A DNA stretch of 59,523 nucleotides, the filler included, from Platydemus manokwari (lineage: Eukaryota), in the NCBI GenBank assembly GCA_037951405.1. It is 5 parts of 5 records of this genome, joined end to end, with 100 filler letters (N's around TTAATTAATTAA, not from the genome) between each part and the next. Parts side by side here need not be neighbours in the genome. Positions count along the whole stretch, not along the records: positions 10,994 to 24,896 come from JBBMOY011581410.1; positions 24,997 to 35,482 come from JBBMOY011130330.1; 3 more parts are not named here. One strand, given 5' to 3'. Every line of letters begins with the position of its first letter. Position 1 is the stretch's first letter. Of the stretch, positions 11,553-25,330 are shown piece after piece. The notes beneath the pieces are model-generated. The model did no database searches. It was not told the origin of the DNA and saw only the letters and a list, made by a program, of their open reading frames with translations. A program made the position numbers and the translations under genes.

Positions 11553-14500
11553 AATGTTTTGTTTTTCGCGCTACATGTAACAAGACAAATCAAAGAATCA
11601 TCTTGGTATAGTCCACTCAGAATGAAACTCAACTCGTGGATTGAAGAGAGCGATCATATATTGGACGTTACTAAAACAATGGATCCACCGCAAGCTATAC
11701 AATCTCTGGAAAATCACATAAAGGAAAATGAATCAATAAATACATATATTGAAGAATTATCAATGCAAATACAATCTTGTGAAGACGATGATTTAAAACA
11801 AGAAGCCATTAATTTACAAACAGAATGCCACGTAATGGGAAAATAGAATATTTTATATTATTATTGATTTTATTGATTTTTTAAGGATAAATCGACAAAA
11901 TTCACAGAATCAATCAAATATCAACAATATCGTTTATTAGAAAGCGAATGTGTTCAACTTATTCGAAACACGGAAAAGCAACTGGATCGTGAGGAGGTGA
12001 TGGCGAAAAATGTCACCTTAGATAAAATAAAGATAATAATTCAAGAACATAGCGTAACACAATTAAGCAGAATGGCTTCATTTCTTCTAATTTTAATTTT
12101 AGAACTACTTCGAAAGCAATGATTTTCCAAGTGGTAGTAAGGAATATCTACAACAAATGAAGGCTCTCATTCTACAATTCCCTCCAAATCAGATGATAAT
12201 CAGTGGAACAGAAATGTTAGAGCAGCAATGCTTAGATGTCGAAACAAGAATCAATCGAGTAGGAAGTGATTTGAGAAATATCCAGTTATTACTTGAAGAG
12301 AAAATGCAAAAGTAAGAATTAATTCCTTTCCACAACTCCATGGAAACATTGTCATAGATTGTCTCAACTAAATATTTGGGTTTCTAATTTCGAAACCATG
12401 ACTTCCGATGTAGATGTGAAAGATCTCAATATATCATCAGACCAATACGATTTGGTATTGAATAGATTAACCACTCTCTATCCTGAAATCGACACAATGA
12501 GAGAATCTGCAATGGAATTACAAAATTATCCACACTTTTCCGACGACGAAGAAAGCTTGGAAAAAACGATTTCCGATTTTGAATCGATCACTCCGGCTCT
12601 TGAATCTTTAAAAGCAAAAGGTTTATTTAAGTGTTTTATTCACATATTTTGTATTGATTTTGTCCTTATTTTATTGATATTTTCTGAGACCCAAGAAAAG
12701 AAGCTATTATCATCATCTCCTTATTTCTCTACTCTTCGTTTCTCTATTCTCGAGTGAAGAATTAAATATTATAATTTTATTATTAATAATAAAAATTTTT
12801 ATCGTCTGAATAATCTATCGAAAAAGATGTCATTTTCATGAATTAAATTAAAAATTGATCGATATTAGCAGTAGCTGGATTTTTCATCACCATTTACAGA
12901 TGACCAAAAATCTAGTTACATCAAAATGATTCTAGATATTCTGAATGATACTTGTCACATCTCTTATATGTATACATTGACAATAAAACCGTATTGAATG
13001 AAGCACTCTTGTGTTCGTATATATCAGCCAAAATTGGATTGTGATCAATTCAATACAATGATATGAGAGACTCCATCAAAAATTGAAACTGTCATTGTAC
13101 AGCTTTATTGAATGATTTTTGTATCAACAGATCACGTTGCTATTGATATTCTATCTCCTTCAATTGTCGACGAAGCCATTCTTGAAGAATGTTGTTTGCA
13201 AATGCAACATAAACTTGTAAATATGATTTCACGAAATCACTGTCAACTGGAAACCCAAGGTAGCAATTTGAGTTGTTTATAGCGTTCTAAACCGTTTAAT
13301 AATAACCACTTAACCTTGCTGGTGTTACTCTGAATTTAAAATTTTGGTATTTACAGAAATTGTATATCGAAAATTCCTACCCTTATATCTGGTTGGTGGG
13401 CACTTCGATGGAAGAAGGCTTCATATATGCATGTGATACGAAAGTTTGAGAACGATTGACAAAATATTTTATAAAATAATTTAAAACTTGATTCCGTCAC
13501 TTTTATAATTAATCTTCGATGATAAACTCGTTTAGTTTTCCAGAAAGAGCCACATAATATTACCTGTTTCATAATTCTTCATCTTTGTCTAATAGACAAA
13601 GGTTCTCTGTAAGAAGTCGTATTAATAGTATGAATCAAATCAGATTTGGCAAGTTTTTATTTGAACTCCCATATCACATCAAATATTTGAAATATTACTT
13701 TTATTAATCGTTTGTTGAATTTATTGATTGAAACGGTGTTCCTTTAATTTTATATAAATTACAATGGATCTGTAACATTCTAATAATAAAATACAAATGA
13801 CACGTATTTTCTAGTAACATTCAGTGTATTTGTTGCTATAAGAGACGAACATAGTATCCATATGTGCTTGTGAACTATATTGTAAATTCACTTGAAGAAA
13901 ACAGTGGTTTTTTTCCAATATTTGACAGAATTCTGTTGGATAGGTAGACAAAACAATGAAAAAATATATCCCCTGTAAGCCACCTATCTTGTCTTAATCT
14001 TCTTTATATCCTCTATTTAGTCTCAAAATCTTTCTCCTTCTTTTCCGTTATTTTTCAGAGAATTGTCTTCTCAGAAACGAAACCTAATGCATGGTCGCCA
14101 TGTTAACCGCTACTATTTTGAAAAACCACTCATTAAAATCGAACTGAGAAACCGCGGCACAAAATTATATTTAAATACAAATATTTCAACAAATTAATTC
14201 AATTTTATAACAGACATAATTATTCCAGAATCAAAATTTATAGAAAATTAAATCTTTAAAAATTTTAAAAATAAGCAATTAACAAGCTTAACATTACTTG
14301 AATTGAAAATCTATTCATCACCATTCATTATAAATTGCTGCCAATCATTTTCGTTTATTGGTGAAAATCAAAAGAATTTTGAATTCAATTTATTCGAAAG
14401 TTTAATATCACTTCAACAAATGTGATTGGTTAAATCATTGATTGGCTGAATTGATGGGAAAGATTTTATTAATTCAAGATTTAAGATGGGATTTAATTTA

Positions 14501-17500
14501 TACGAACCAATTGAGGATAAATACACAAAAATAATTTTGATAGATGGAAAGAATCATTTAAAATAACATGTGAAATTCTAGCATTTTATTGATTTTTAGT
14601 AACATTTAATAACGTTATATCGAATATTATAATATTCCGAATTTCACTGTCCTCACAGATAATTTTATCTTTAAAGTACATCTGCTGAAACATTTCAGAG
14701 TCAAGAAAATATTTACCAACATCAACCTTGTGTATGCCTTTGCTTGTTAGATGGATGATGTTTGATTTGAAAATTGTGAATAAAATTTGAAAATGTCGGT
14801 GATTTTTTGACATGCTTTTTAACAATGATTTAATGCGATTTTTGCGAGATTAAAAAGCCTTCTAAACGGTTCCGTATATCTCATCGAATATTTTGCTTGG
14901 AAAATCATTATTAAACGCCATTTATCGATATAATTTTCTTTTGAACACATTGAAAATTCCGTCAATTAAATTGGCATTTTATTTTGAGTTTTTCTGAGAA
15001 TTATTTTGGATATCGATTATTTGCGATTTTTATATTTTATTGATTTTTAACAAAATTTTTAATGTGATTTTTAATATTTTATTTATCAGCAATGTTGGAT
15101 TTGAAATTATGGTCATAAAATATCAATGAAAAATTAATTAAAATCACATTTATAATTATTTTTTGACATGTTATGATTGATACTACTCGGTTTCTGGGAT
15201 CATCTTCATTATATTATCTGACACTGCTATCTAATTCTGGTTACCCACTTAGAGAAAACACTTGTATAAAGATTAACCTCCAAATGAATTTATCGTTAAT
15301 CCAATAAATATAAGCTTTTTTCTTTATTTTAGCTAATTTTTGGTCATTTTAATTATCGATTTAATATTTTATTATTTTTCTTGAATTACTTTAACTTTCA
15401 TTCGCTTTTCTCTTAACTTGTTGCCCTATCATAGTCATTCATTATTTAAAATTATTATTTGTAATCTCAACAAACTTGATAACCTCAACAATTCTTTTGG
15501 ACGAAGCTCTGCTCTATCCCACTAATTTTTGTTCCATAACAACACACAATTTTTGAAAGAAAATAAAAGCTATAATTTTCTCAACAAAATCGGCGATTGA
15601 GTAACATAATTATGCTTTGACATCGACCAGCCAATGATTGAGTTCAATTTATCATGAAAATGATTTTCATTTATATTTTTTAGCATCGAATATTTCGGAA
15701 GCCATCAAAGCAAAAGAGAATGCTGAGAGAAAATCAGAAACAATAAAAAATCTAAAATCCCAGTTGGTAATATTTGATGAAATCAATGGCGACATGGAAA
15801 ACAATTTATTAAATCAACTCAAACAACAAGAGAGAATTGTGGAACAGATTCATCGACTTTATAAACACGTCATTGAAGTGACAATGGGTAAATTTAATGA
15901 AATCGAATTAAGAGATCCAGATGTGGCCAAGATGATGTTACCGACCATAGAAAATCTTCAACTGCTTTGTGAACAAGTCGAATCAGAATCTGTGGAAATA
16001 TTAAATGGGAACAATCAATTAATGAATTCGAAATCATCAAATAGAAGCTCTGATGAAATGGAATCAGAAACTGCTATTGTACCAGTTGAAAACAGTAGCG
16101 AATTGACTAACCCTTTGGAGGATTTATCGGAATATTCCATGGATTTCGTTGACAAGAATTGCTTGGAACAGTTTGAGAAGAAACCAAACAGCGAGATTAT
16201 AAACCACTTACTAACCGATTGCTTATCAAATATAGATCACAATCTATCTATCATCAATGATGCCAATTATTCAATTCCTCTGGATAAAGCAAAACAAATT
16301 TTAATAAATGATCAGCAAATTTGCAGTAATGCTCTTGAAGAAAATGTAGAACAATTGGATAATGATTCGGAAAGGATAGCCTTAGTGAATTGTTATTTGA
16401 ATCGGTTTGATCTTATCGATATCAGATCTGATATTGCCAATCAACTTGTCGATGATTATGAAAAAATAAAAGATCAATTGAAACGGTGTTGTGAAAACCT
16501 CTCAACAATCGGCACCATTGAAGAATTGAAACAGTGGAAAGAATTAAGCATAGACATTGCAAACGAAGCTTTCTTCTTTTGCGATTCAGTGGAGAACTGC
16601 AAACATTTAACGACAAATATTCAATCACCAACCGTCCTTACGGAGCTATCATTGAATAAACTAAACCAATTGTTGCCCGAAATTGGAATATTAGAAGAAA
16701 ATTATGAGAAATTAACACGTGACTTATTGAACCAAGTAAGAAATTTACAGAGAATAGAGAACGATATTGAGAACGATCATTCAAACAATAAAGGGAATTT
16801 GGTGACGTTCAAAGTAATTCTCGATGGTTTAATAGATAAATTGAAAACATCAAAAGAGACAGTTGTAATTCCCGATATCATTAAAACTGAATTACCCATG
16901 TTTCATACTCATCCACTCATTGTTGATGCAGAAAACATTATATTAAAAGCAAATCATAACCTAGATTCGTTGCTAAGTAACAAAATGAACCAAGAAAACG
17001 AATACAATAATCAATTGATAAACAATATCTGCCTCCAAATATTCGAGGATACAATCAACACAGATAATCAACTTAATCCGGAAGAATTCATTTGTCGATT
17101 GCAACACTGTCGTGATCGGTTGGACAATATTTCAAGCGAAACGAAAAATTCCCAATTACTTCTCGAAGAATTTAAGAATTCAAGATTTCATGATCGAATA
17201 TCGAAACAGATTGAAAAAACACTGAAAAATTGTGCAGAAATATCAGATCAATGTGGTGACAAAATCAATGCCATGAATGATTGTTTGGTTTTCATTGGAA
17301 AATTGGACGTATTCGAGAAATCGTTGGATGAATTGACAAATGGGTTAGGTCAAGATGAGGACATTTTGCTGGATCAAAAAACCAAAGTCGATTTGTCAAA
17401 ATCTCAATTGTTGATATTGGACGACTTGCTTGATGATTTAAACAAGAAATTTTCCGAAGCTCAAATGCTTTTATGCCCAACAATACCGGAAAGACTTGAA

Positions 17501-20500
17501 GAACTGAAAAATAAGCAAGACACTTGCATGAATGATATTGATGAACAATTACAGAATATATTAGAGCAAAAAGAAAAGATGGAATACTTCAAAACATTGG
17601 AAAACAATTTCCTAGATGATCTTGATGTGTTGAAGAATAAATTGGATTCGGTAAATTGCGATAATAGTAATAAAGAGGTTATTCGAAATAACCACGAACA
17701 CATCAATAAAGCAGCAATGGATTTGGAAGATATAATAAATAGGATCAAGGTTTGCAAAGATAATGGAGATCCTGTTGATTTCGCTGAAATTGATCGACGG
17801 ATATCAGAGTTACAAGAGCAAGTTTTGAGCAATATCCAGACATGTGAAAAGCATATGAGCATTGTAGAAAAAGTAGAACATTTTGAATTGGAACCTATTT
17901 CGAAAATTGAGATCTTGGCATTAAACCAAGGAGTACCGAGCTTGATTGAGAATGAAATGTTGGAGATCAATAAAAAATTGAAGGAAATTGCTGACTTAAA
18001 GATTGAAGTTGTGGAACAGTTTACAAAGGATGATGGACAGTTGGATAAATCCTTGGAAAATCAGAGAATAAATTTGAAAGGAGATTTGAATTTATTAGAT
18101 GCTGCTTTAGAGCAACACAACAAATTGGTCGATATATCGAAAGAGGTGGACTCTATTTCACAAAATATGAGCGATCATGTTGACAATTTAAAAACTGTAT
18201 TATCATTACAAAACCATTCCTTAACCGATGTCAATGAAATAATGAATTCTATCGATTCGAACAAACAACGATTGAATGAGATTCGATCCACTGAACTCAA
18301 TTTTACGAGTGCCGTCCTTAATGAACAAATATCATTGATGAAAACCTCTATATCAAATAAAATATCGGAATGTGTAGAATATGTGGAAGCTGTGACTTAT
18401 CCGATCAATGAAACGATCAGTCAGTATTTAATCAATGAAGAAAAATTACTGAAATGCTCAAATGACGTAGACGTTGTGGTAGGTGGGGAACCTGTCAGTG
18501 AAATGAAAGAGATAATGATCGAGAAAAGATCAGATGAAATTCAAAAAATCATGACAAATTTGATTGATATTCATGATAATCTCGATCGATTGAAACAATC
18601 GCTTAATGTCAGTGAAATTCATATTTCTTATGAGCAATGTCTTTACAATGAAGATCGGCTTCACAAATTGATATCGGAAATTTCAGATCAGCGTTCAAAA
18701 ATAAAAGAAGAGCAAGAAAAGCTAAACGACCTGATAGGATCTTTTGACTCAATTAAAGAGGATAATACAAAGAAAATGAATGATTTTCTGGATAAAATCA
18801 ATCGAAACGAAGAATATTTGGGTTTGGATGAAATGAAACGAATCGTTGATGAATCAAACAATACATGGGATGAGTTGAATGATAAAATATCAACAATAAG
18901 AAGTATCAATCCACAACATGGAGAGAAATATGAAGTTGATCTGCTGAACTTTAAATGTGTCAAAGACGATTTTGGTCAAAGGTACACAAAGATAGTCGAA
19001 ACAGTTGAAGTGGAAGGCAATGGGAAAATCGAAGAGATTATAAATCAATATAAGAAGCTGAAACAAGACGAAAATATGGAATCGGAAAAATCAAAGAATG
19101 ATTTCATCAGTTTATTGATTCGAAGAAAAGAAAAATTCGTCAACTTATCTAAGTCATTGAGATTGATAATGGATAAAACCTATCCGAAATTTGTAGAAAT
19201 TAAAAACTTTTTAGATAAAGCAGCTTTATTGCATTCAGATATTAATACAGATCTCGATGCATTGATTTCGAGATTGGAGATTGAAAGAGAAAACCAGATC
19301 ATACTTGATAGTATGAAAAGTAAATTGGTTGCCTTGTCTGGAGAAGTAAAATTGATATCCAATGGAATATTTTCTGATTTGGAGAAAACAATCAAATATC
19401 CTCATGAGAAAATTGATGATGTCAATTTAATACTGGATAAAATCGATGAGAATGTCAGCAGAATTACTGGGATACTGACCAATGATATTAATATTGATAG
19501 TCCGATTATCGATGATCAATTGACACAAATGAGAACTGTGATATCAAATAAAATAACCGAATGTATCAAATGTGCTGATACTGTAATCGTTCCTATAAAA
19601 GAAATGTTAAGCCAGTATAGAATTTATGAAGAGAAATTGGCGAAATGTTCTGATGAAATAGATTTCGTAATACTGGAGCCGATAGATACGATGGATGAGA
19701 CATTAATTGACGAAAGATTAGAGGAAATGGAGACAATATCGATCAATTTAAAGGATATTCGAGACAATCTGGAGATGTGTAAAATATCCTCGAAAATCGA
19801 CGAAATCCAAGATCTATGTAATCGATGCGTGGATCTGAAAGATAAATTGGATTCAAGATCAACAGAACTTTTAAATGGTAAACTTAAAATTCAAGAGGAT
19901 CATGAAAAGGAGGAGATGTTATGGAAAACGTTCAAAAATATTAAAGATAGAAATACAAATAACATTATCGATTATCTGAATAAGATTGAACAACGTGAAG
20001 AGAGCTTGAATGTTGAAGAAAATGAAAAAATATTATATCAGTCGAACAGTGATTTAGAAGAAATACGAAATATAATCAAGAAAATCGGTGAAATTAATTT
20101 ACCTTTGTCAGAATCATGTACGGCAGAAATGGATGGGTTTTTAGAGGCACAACAAAAATTGATGGACATCAATTCAGAAGTTTTGCAATTGTTGAAAGAA
20201 AATAAAGAAATACTTCAAGAAACTAATAATCAGTATGAGGATGTATTGATACCGAGAAATGATCAAAGCAATAAAATAGAAAATTTAATATCAATAAAAA
20301 ATGATTTAGAAATCTTAGAACGAAAATTCCCTCTTTTCGATAAAGATCAAAGATATAATTTTCAGGAACTGAATAATGTGACCGATGATGGAAATAAACT
20401 CCATGAGAAAATATTGGAGAAAATCGATATCATAAATCGGGAAATTAATGAAGAACAAGAAAAGGCAAAACTGATATCAATATTAAACAACAATCTCCAT

Positions 20501-23500
20501 GAGATAGAAAATGATGTTACAAAACTGAACCTTAATGTTCGATCAATAGAATCTCCTTTGACGATCGGAGAAATTGATGTCAAAATTAAAGAAATCAGAG
20601 AAAATATTCATGAATTAACAAAAGTCAAAAACCAAGAACTCATCTCAAATTGTCCAGAGCTTTTGGAAATTGAGATTAAAATCAATAACTTAAATAAAGC
20701 TATTGAAAAATTCGATAATGAAAATGAGTTGATGAAAATGGACATAATCGGAAAAGAATCCATTTTAAATACTCACAAACTGATGAATGAAGGCCACGAA
20801 AAGACTTTAGATAACTTGCTAACTTCTCTTGGATTAGCAATGGAGAATGAGTTAGTTGTGAAACAGATAACAGACCAGTTAAATGCATCTAGAAACGAAC
20901 TTTTGTCGAGTGAAACACCTGACGAATTGATTTGTTGTGAGAAAATTAATACCATCAACTATCAAGGAATTGAGATACAAAGAATCGATGAACTGTTGCT
21001 GAAAATAGAACAGATATCTCAAAATGTCGATAATGAAAAACTACAGCAAGTATTTCGTAATGAGTTGGACAAAATCGAAAGGGATATTCAATTATTAAAG
21101 CTATCGATGACTGGTACTGATCCATTATTATGTCAGGAAGAGATTATCAAGACAATCGATAGAATTATGTGTTCTATTGATGAATTGCAGAAAACTTGGA
21201 AAGATAACCCTAACATGATTGATGAATTAAGCAAATTGGAAGACAAAAATTCTGATTTGAAAAATATTAAAGAAGAATTTATCGAATATTTGCAAAGCTT
21301 GCAACATAAAATCACAGTTTTAAGCCATATCGACAAAACTGTAAGTGAATTAATACCGACCATTGATACCAAACTGACACTTGTAGCAGATCCATTAGAG
21401 AAAGAAAAGATATTGAAAGAATTACAAAGCAATTTGCAATTTCCTGAAATCGAAGATATTCAAATCGAAGTCAAATGCATCGAAGCACAGGACCATAATT
21501 CACGGTTTCATGAAGTTAATGAGAATATCAAAAAATTAGCTGGTAGATTTAGTCGAGAACTTCAACTTGTAGAGCTGAAAATAAAATTACAAGATCTTAA
21601 TCCCATTCTAGCGACAATCAACAATGAAGATTATGAGAAATCCGTTGAAGATATTTTTAATTATTCTTGTCAAGCCAGTGATTCTTTGAATTCCATCACC
21701 AAGCGCGTTGATCAATTGGAAATGGATGAGGATAAGTTGGAAATGAAACATGAAATTGAACTGATGATGGAGAAAATGAATCAAAGCCAGGTGAATATAA
21801 ATAATATGTCAGATAATATGCAAAACTGTGAAGATATTCTGACCGAATATGGAAAACACAAAGAATTGTGGTTGAAAGATGATATTGAAACAATAGAAGA
21901 TATTGATCAGATGATAGAGGATTTGCAAAATGATTTCAATGAATTGAACAGATCGAAAAATGAATTGGAAAAAGGAGTGAGGTGTACGAAAGTCAAAGAA
22001 CTAATTGGAAATTGTACGGAAACCCTAATTGAGATTGAGAAAATGATAGAAGATTTAAATGACGAACGAAAGAAAATCATTGTAAAAGATATGATTCAAT
22101 CAAATATCGATGATGTCCAGAACAATATCATCAACTTGGAACTCATATTAAACTCAGGAAACAGTGAATCTTCTTGTAAGGAATTGGAGAATTCAGTGCG
22201 ACAATTACAATCGAAACTGGACACGATTCATCAACAAATAACAAACTTGGATGATATGAGAAATAAAAGAATCAAATCCGAATTGGAATTAAGATATGCA
22301 AATACGTATCAAGATTATTTATGTTTGAAGGAAGTCACTGAAAAGAAACTGAATGATCTTACTGATCGATTGAAGGAATCTAAAATTGTGAATGATAAAG
22401 CATTGGTATTTGTTGATGATGTCTCATGTGTATCTGAAGATGAAATAATAATAAAATATGAGAACTTAAATCATATGAAATCAAAATTGGAAGATATTGC
22501 AACAAAACTGGAGACAGACACATTGAATTGTCAGGAACGGCAACAAGCAATCGATGACGTTAATGAATCTTTAGCCAATATAAATGAATCATTGAAATTA
22601 CTGAAAAATCAAGAGAGAGCCATGTTAGAAAAGCAAATTGCTATTGATGAAATAAAGGATCAAGTGGCAAAGATCGATAGAGAATTGGAAAGAATAGAAA
22701 TGTCATATCCTAATGAAACGAATAGAAATGTATTTTATGCAGATATGTGTGACGAATTGAACAATATCGATAACGACCTAATGGCTATTGTTAAACCGGA
22801 AATATTGACAGGAACCGACTTTGAAAAATTGATTGGACCGACTCATGATAAATTATCGTCAATGAAAACTAATTTATTGAATTTTTCAGACGTTGCCTTG
22901 ATAAAAGAAAATAATTTCAAAGATTTACACAGTCGATTGAACGATATCATTGAAGAAATCGTTCCCGAATTTGAAGATTATGTTGGAAAATATCGATATT
23001 TTCATATGAAATTCGATGAACTAACTAATATTCGATGTGCCAACAATCAATTAATTGGAGAAATCGTCGAGTTGGAACAACAATGGAAAAGTGTTGAAAC
23101 ATCAACATTGAAAGACAAACTGGAATCGTTCGATGAAAAGATGAACTTTGAAATGGAGGCTATGACAAAGAATATGAATGACGTTATAAAGGAATTAAAA
23201 GAACAATTGGATCAAGCTAAATACAAACAAGAAATCTGGTTGAAAGAATCGATTGAAACTCTTCGGAATACGACACAAAATGTGAATTTCTCTCCAGAAG
23301 TAATCAAAATTCATGAGCAAGCTTTGGAAAATCTCATTGGAGGTCTGGAGACAGGTAATGATTTAACGGAGAGAATATATTTCCATGAAGAACAGATGAA
23401 ATTGATCAATTGTTCATTCGATGACCATGAATGCACACATCGGGATAGAAAAGCCAGTGTTATCCAATATAGAGAATTGATTCATGAATCACAGCGACGA

Positions 23501-24742
23501 TTCCTCGATATATCTGACAAATACAAACAAGCGACGAAAATATCAAAAGAACTGGAAGATTATTTGAATAACCTACAGCTAGAATTGACAACGATACCGA
23601 AAGAAAATATCAATCCTCTCGACACAACCAAATATTTGAACGACTTACAAGTGAGAAATTAATTATTTGTTTTAATGATTATCTGGATTTTCTCTTTTGT
23701 TCAGAATTTCCGCACATCTCTTGACAATAGATTATCGACTAAAGATAATTTATTGGAGCTCGAACGGCTTTTAGGTTTGGAAAATGTTCCAACGAATGAT
23801 CTAATGGTCATTGATGTTGAGAATTTATATATAAAATCTTGTGAAGATGTGGATGATTTAATAGGAATATTGAAAGATATACATGTGCAATTCCATGAAT
23901 TTCGCCGATGCTTGTCAGCAGAAAAAGAGATTTCTGTCGATTTATTAAAATCTATCGATTTACAGTTGACGAATCTGAGATCTGATAGTCTAATCTCAAC
24001 CGAGGAGAAATTAAATATTCTAGAAGTAAGTTTATTATGTAGTAGTTTTCAGATACAATCACCTCCGTTGTCTCAATATTTTATTTATATGGCACACGTG
24101 ATTATAAATATTTACTTTAATTATTTTAATTATATTTTTTATTTATTTAAATGGTTTTCATCTTTGCTTGTAGTTATTTAAGTTTGCATATCACTATATC
24201 TTAGTCAAGAATGATAGCAGATTATGATGCAACTGTAGTTCTGATGTTTAACCGAAGTTAACTAAAATTCTAATAACTATTCATCCATTACGCAAATTAT
24301 TAGGTCTTCTCCTAATTCAAAATAGTTATCATAATATATAAACACCATTAAATTTTATGATATATTTTGCATTAAATTCTTTTTGATAATTTCGTACCAG
24401 TAATTAATTATCTTATCTTGAATATAGAATTGTCGAGAGCAGCTCATTGAAAAAAATGAATCCGTAAAGAAATTACAGAATAACATAAATATATTCCACA
24501 ATGACAATAAATTAATTAATGAAATGGATGGCGAATCGAGTGAGCTTTTAATGGAAATGGATAAATATCTGCAATCCATCGATGAAGAAATAGACAAGAA
24601 CAAAAAATATAATATTCTTAGAATTAACTGTGAAAATCTCATCAATGATCTTGATAAACTAGAAAAAGATTTGGAGCAAATTTCTAGGGAAAGTAATGTG
24701 CAATCCAGTAAAGATTATCTCACGGAATCAATTAAGAAGCTC
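11553..24742 (+). CDS. Giant spectrin-repeat/coiled-coil protein, nesprin-1 (SYNE1)/MSP-300-like, internal fragment
   Basis: In-frame GT-AG exons 11553-11831, 11886-12053, 12103-12311, 12358-12620, 15684-23650, 23705-24025 and 24428->24742 (gap), with phases consistent. Spectrin-like Trp motifs (KLNSWIEE, QLNIWVSN). QLDREE..KIIIQEHSNYF resembles nesprin-1 ELDRE..KIIKEH..FF as recalled. No CH or KASH domain lies in the window. Confidence 0.8.
13995..14212 (-). mobile_element. TRIM copy A (5' LTR + PBS + partial interior), intronic
   Basis: LTR 14212-14101 with TGTTA..TAACA termini, immediately followed by PBS TGGCGACCATGCA (14100-14088) and a purine-rich interior similar to copies B and D. 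Confidence 0.75.
18130..20500 (+). repeat. Diverged ~1191-nt (397-aa) tandem duplication inside the giant exon
   Basis: ISNKISECVE..SQY..EEKLLKCS versus ISNKITECIK..SQY..EEKLAKCS. The DNA motif ATATCAAATAAAATA occurs at 18350 and 19541, offset 1191. Boundaries are approximate. Confidence 0.85.
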
Positions 24743-24896
24743 NNNNNNNNNNNNNNNNNNNNNNNNNNNNNNNNNNNNNNNNNNNNNNNNNNNNNNNNNN
24801 NNNNNNNNNNNNNNNNNNNNNNNNNNNNNNNNNNNNNNNNNNNNNNNNNNNNNNNNNNNNNNNNNNNNNNNNNNNTGATACTGAAAATAATAGAGA

Positions 24897-24996
24897 NNNN
24901 NNNNNNNNNNNNNNNNNNNNNNNNNNNNNNNNNNNNNNNNTTAATTAATTAANNNNNNNNNNNNNNNNNNNNNNNNNNNNNNNNNNNNNNNNNNNN
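24897..24996. other. Artificial scaffold-join linker
   Basis: 44N-TTAATTAATTAA(24941-24952)-44N. Confidence 0.97.
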
Positions 24997-25073
24997 TGTG
25001 TTTGACATGGGTCTTCGTGCAATAATTGTGCCAATTCTTCGTCTTCAAAGACTTTTTGTGGTCTACCATGCTC
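24997..25073 (-). mobile_element. Mariner transposase fragment (N-terminal HTH linker)
   Basis: Translates EHGRPQKVFEDEELAQLLHEDPCQT, matching the Mos1-type EHGKPPKRYEDAELQALLDED..QT segment. Confidence 0.85.
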
Positions 25074-25088
25074 AATTAAAAGTATTAT

Positions 25089-25330
25089 TTTAAATTTTTT
25101 TGCGATAAAAATAAACTCATTTTATATCATACTGAAAATGAAAGTAAAGTTGTTTTTGCTGAAAGATTTATTAGGATATTGAAAAATATTGATGTGAAAA
25201 CATTTTACAGCTATTGGAAGTTATTAATGGGATAATAATTGATTACAAATTGTTGTTAATAAATATAAAATTAAAATTCATTCAAATATTGGCGTTACCC
25301 CTGTTGAAACAAGAAAAGATCCTGAAATTC
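25089..25330 (+). mobile_element. Polinton/Maverick retroviral-like integrase fragment (degenerate)
   Basis: FKFFCDKNKLILYHTENESKVVFAERFIRILKN, a frameshift, then KHFTAIGSY*W..LQIVVNKYKIKIHSNIGVTPVE. This is the typical Polinton integrase K..AERFIRTLK..YN...HS.I...P signature. Confidence 0.8.

Noticed and set aside
12880-13700. Coding-like intronic stretch in the nesprin-like gene
   Set aside because: All frames are interrupted and unidentifiable; the flanking exons already splice in frame without it.
16422-21893. Multiple antisense ORFs within the giant exon
   Set aside because: Ser/Phe/Ile-rich mirror translations expected opposite an E/K-rich coding strand.
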